From assembly GCA_963840855.1 (NCBI GenBank), contig CAWJBB010000053.1, positions 20,996-84,995 of the forward strand: 64,000 bases of DNA, in the 5' to 3' direction. This stretch comes from an uncultured delta proteobacterium. GTDB lineage: Bacteria; Desulfobacterota; Binatia; UBA9968. The first letter of the stretch is position 1. Each line of letters begins with the position of its first letter. Positions 60,884 through 64,000 of this stretch are shown in pieces. Made by a program: the position numbers and the translations under genes. The notes beneath the pieces were generated by a model. It was not told the DNA's origin, ran no database searches, and saw nothing but the letters and a program-made list of their open reading frames with translations.

Positions 60884-62248
60884 ATGATTTTGAATGTAAG
60901 TTTGATTCAGATCAAGAATACTACTCTCAAGGCGGAACTGGGGCATCTCATAAAAACGACATTTAAACGCGCCGCTAAGGTTCCGGGAATTTTTGGACTG
61001 ATGTTAGCGTTAGTTTTTTGTAGCAGCTGGAACGTAGCAGCGGTATTTGCGGCCGTTCCCAACACCGGACCGGTAACCGACCACTACATCATCAAAATAC
61101 GTCTGATTGAAAACGCCGCTGCCGTTGCTAATGAAATGGCCTTCACTCACGGTTTGGCGGTGGGACACATTTATCGACATGCGCTCAACGGTTTTTCAGC
61201 CCGCGTGCCCCAGGGTCGCCTAAATGCATTACGAAGTGATCCGCGTGTGGTTTCAATTGTGGCTGACCGATACGTGAGTATCGATAGACCACCGTGCGCA
61301 ACTCCTCCGTGTGGAGGAAGCGGTGGCGGTGATAGTAATGATCCTCCGCAAAAGATTCCCAACGGGATCCTCCGCATAAACGGGCACTTGAGTGGTACCG
61401 CCTCCGGCGACGGCGTCGGAACGGTGGATATCGATGTCGCGGTTCTCGATACTGGAATCCATAATCATAAAGATTTAACGGTAGTAGGTGGCTTCAACTG
61501 TTCCACTGGTTCTTCCGTCAAATACAGCGACGGCAATGGCCATGGTACCCACGTGGCCGGTACAATTGCTGCGAAAGACAATAGTTTTGGCGTCGTCGGC
61601 GTTGCTCCAGGCGCACGTTTATGGGCGGTACGCGTGCTCAACAGTGCTGGAAGCGGCACTTGGGCGTCGGTAATCTGCGGTATCGACTTTGTTACTGCCA
61701 ATGCAGCCATCATCAAAGTAGCGAACATGAGCTTGAGTGGTGCTGGTAGTAAAGGTTCCTGCACGGACGGCGGCATGCACGAGGCAATTTGCAATTCGGT
61801 TAATGCGGGTGTTACCTACGTCGTCGCCGCTGGTAACGAAGATAGTGACGCGACCAATCACGTGCCTGCAGCCTATGATGAAGTCATAACTGTGTCCGCG
61901 TTGGCAGACTTCGACGGTGACGCTGGTGGTTTAGGCAGTCCTACTTGCCTTTTCGATGACGACGACACTTTTGCAAGCTTCAGTAACTACGGTGAGGATG
62001 TGGATATCATCGCTCCGGGCGTTTGCATCCTGTCCACCTGGAATGATGGCGGTTATAACACCATAAGCGGTACATCGATGGCTTCGCCGCATGTCGCCGG
62101 GGCTGCGGCTCTGTACAAAGCAGCAAATCCCAACGCGACTCCCGGGGATATCAAAGCTGTTCTCCAGAGCGTCGGTAGTCTAAATTGGAATAATTTCGAC
62201 GATCCCGATGGAGTTAAAGAAAGGTTACTAGACGTTGGGGGTTTTTAA
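60884..62248 (+). CDS. subtilisin-like S8 serine protease with I9-type prodomain
   Basis: VLDTGI, HGTHVAG, AAGN, GTSMASPHVAG; AAGGAG RBS before ATG 60884. Confidence 0.95.
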   Translation: MILNVSLIQIKNTTLKAELGHLIKTTFKRAAKVPGIFGLMLALVFCSSWNVAAVFAAVPNTGPVTDHYIIKIRLIENAAAVANEMAFTHGLAVGHIYRHALNGFSARVPQGRLNALRSDPRVVSIVADRYVSIDRPPCATPPCGGSGGGDSNDPPQKIPNGILRINGHLSGTASGDGVGTVDIDVAVLDTGIHNHKDLTVVGGFNCSTGSSVKYSDGNGHGTHVAGTIAAKDNSFGVVGVAPGARLWAVRVLNSAGSGTWASVICGIDFVTANAAIIKVANMSLSGAGSKGSCTDGGMHEAICNSVNAGVTYVVAAGNEDSDATNHVPAAYDEVITVSALADFDGDAGGLGSPTCLFDDDDTFASFSNYGEDVDIIAPGVCILSTWNDGGYNTISGTSMASPHVAGAAALYKAANPNATPGDIKAVLQSVGSLNWNNFDDPDGVKERLLDVGGF

Positions 62249-62310
62249 TTTATTACGCTAATTGCGTTTAGCTCATAACAATTGAAATGAGTTCTACATC
62301 GTTTAACCCA

Positions 62311-62346
62311 CGCGGGGAGGAGTTAATACGCTCTTTCCCGCGTTTT
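62311..62346 (+). terminator. probable intrinsic terminator
   Basis: CGCGGGGAGGAG...CTCTTTCCCGCG followed by TTTT. Confidence 0.6.
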
Positions 62347-62547
62347 CTCCTAAAGACTCTACGTCGGGCCACCGTTTTTTTCAGCGTAACCACTACAACG
62401 TCGAGATCGAACTGATTTCTCCTTCAATGTAATCCCACCTGGGGTTCGCATTTCTGAGCCCAGTTCATACTCGGGCTCGATGTAGCCCCCTTGACCTTCA
62501 AATATACCGGCCCGCCTTATGCGCGTTTGTTGGGCTACCCTTTCCAA

Positions 62548-62735
62548 GCGGATGCCAAGCAGAAAGTCATGGACATTATTCGCCGCATCGGCGCGCGCGC
62601 TTTCGACGGCGGCCCGGCGTCCAACGCCTACGTCATCGAGGCATCACCGGCGTCATCATTTATTTGAACCGAAAGTACAAGTCGAAGCATGGCAGCATCA
62701 AGATCACAGGAATCGACGAAACGGTAGCGCGCTAG
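62548..62735 (+). pseudogene. C-terminal remnant of NADPH-dependent F420 reductase (NpdG/Fno)
   Basis: ADAKQKVMDIIRRIGARAFDGGPASNAYVIE / ITGVIIYLNRKYKSKHGSIKITGI across a frameshift near 62641. Confidence 0.7.
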
Positions 62736-62975
62736 AGAACATCGCAGAGCTATGTGTATAAGCGCCTGAAAGTTTTCTTGCGGCCATCTTGTCTTCATTT
62801 GACCTGACACCTTCCAATCCACACCCTTAAATACATCTTCAGTTTCGCTGAGCGACTTGCCGCCCTCATCGCCGGTATCCCAGAATTTCTTTTCGTCAGG
62901 TAATTTTTACTGGACCGATTCGAATGTGCTTTTCAATCGCGCTGGGATATCAGCCAGTTAGCCGCGGTCGGCTGA

Positions 62976-62992
62976 TTGGCATATCCATTGCT
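62976..62992 (+). promoter_or_regulatory. sigma-54 promoter
   Basis: TTGGCATATCCATTGCT, 38 nt before the start. Confidence 0.75.
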
Positions 62993-63029
62993 CCCCTCCC
63001 GGTGATTCAAAAGAATAAGGAGGGTTAAT

Positions 63030-63611
63030 ATGAAAAATACAAAATCTATCATTCTAGGCGGGTTGCTTGCGGGGGCTCTGATTTTCCCAGGAATCCCCGC
63101 GACGGCTGACGCCAAGGATGGTGCGGAGCAGCATGGCCATCATCGTAAATGGGACGGCCATCATGGGCGCGGTGATAAGCATCATTTTAAGCATGATGTG
63201 AATCGTGGCAGAGTACATGGATCGCGGAGGGATGGTCATCATGAGTGGAGGGGGCATGACGGGCGCCGTGATGATCATCGCTTTGGTCGAAACGTCAGTC
63301 ACGGCAATCGCGGTCACCACAATAAGCCGGAGATTCGAGAAGATTTCGAAAAGATTCGCGAGGCGCGAAACGAGATCCGGCAAGATCGAGGTCAATTGCG
63401 CAAAGACTATCGCGAGCTGAAAAGAGATAAAGTCGAACTACGGCGAGATATCCGTAAGGGCGCCAGCCCTGCGGAAATCGCCCGGGACCGAAGCGAGATC
63501 AAAGAGGATTGGCAAAAGATCGCCGCAAGTAGAAGGGAACTTCGACAGGATCAAGCGACACTCGACGCGGCGCGACGGGAGCTGAGACAGGATTTGCGCA
63601 ATCAGTACTAG
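63030..63611 (+). CDS. exported His/Gly/Arg-rich protein with charged coiled-coil repeats
   Basis: AAGGAGG RBS, signal peptide, many HH dyads, ELRRD/ELRQD repeats. Confidence 0.8.
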   Translation: MKNTKSIILGGLLAGALIFPGIPATADAKDGAEQHGHHRKWDGHHGRGDKHHFKHDVNRGRVHGSRRDGHHEWRGHDGRRDDHRFGRNVSHGNRGHHNKPEIREDFEKIREARNEIRQDRGQLRKDYRELKRDKVELRRDIRKGASPAEIARDRSEIKEDWQKIAASRRELRQDQATLDAARRELRQDLRNQY

Positions 63612-64000
63612 TTCGATCCTTAGTGAGTGACCGGCCGCCCGTTAGTGGGCGGCCAGTCGCTTCCAAGTTAACCCGTTGGCGTTTACGAAAATCACTACCC
63701 AAATCGCCTTCGACTTGCGGCTCCTTACTTGAGCACCCTTAGACTTCGTTGGAACCCTTTGTCGCTAACCAAAAATCGCAGCTTGCCTCTCGCGCTCGCC
63801 CTGAACCGATTGGCGAACCGGTAGAGCAAGCAATCCGGACGCACAGCCATATCGGTTGAGTTAGTCGGCTACCCTTCGACACCCTTTTGCGAAAACCTTT
63901 GTATGTTGTCCACGCGCGACGGCGGGTAAAAATTACGCTGCAGAAACAGTTTTGTTTCTAAGAAGAGGTCATTCTAAATGCCTGGAACCGGCCAGTCTTG

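Noticed and set aside
63700-63900. Recurrent ACCCTT/CCTTCGAC words near the window end
   Set aside because: Irregular spacing and no consistent structure; context truncated.

Overview
GC-rich bacterial chromosomal window. The gene repertoire (TctC-like and NMT1-like binding proteins, amidohydrolases, M24-fold proteins, PF04392-type binding protein) suggests a Binatota/deltaproteobacteria-like metagenome assembly; this is inference. Contents: bioF-bioA-bioD followed by a class III adenylate cyclase, larC, an 11-gene nuoABCDHIJKLMN operon without nuoEFG, a groES-groEL/hsp20/degP cluster, a cNMP-receptor plus RRE/M50-like pair, a lipoprotein plus Nal1-like protease pair, a CyaC-like redox cyclase, aromatic/organic-acid catabolic genes including a close LigY homologue, a B12 radical SAM enzyme, rlmL-like, MFS transporters, and a more accessory right end. 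Best leads: (1) the cyclase after bioD has an in-frame UGA completing a CxxU motif followed by a bacterial SECIS-like hairpin, i.e. a candidate new selenoprotein; (2) NuoL carries a 26-aa duplication in its lateral helix, the signature of 2M complexes, yet the operon has one nuoM; (3) many intergenic tandem 7-/9-mer arrays of several unrelated words share one inverted-arm architecture. About seven single-base frameshifts look like long-read errors. No rRNA, tRNA, CRISPR array or transposase was recognised. All family calls are by motif recognition from memory, not database searches.
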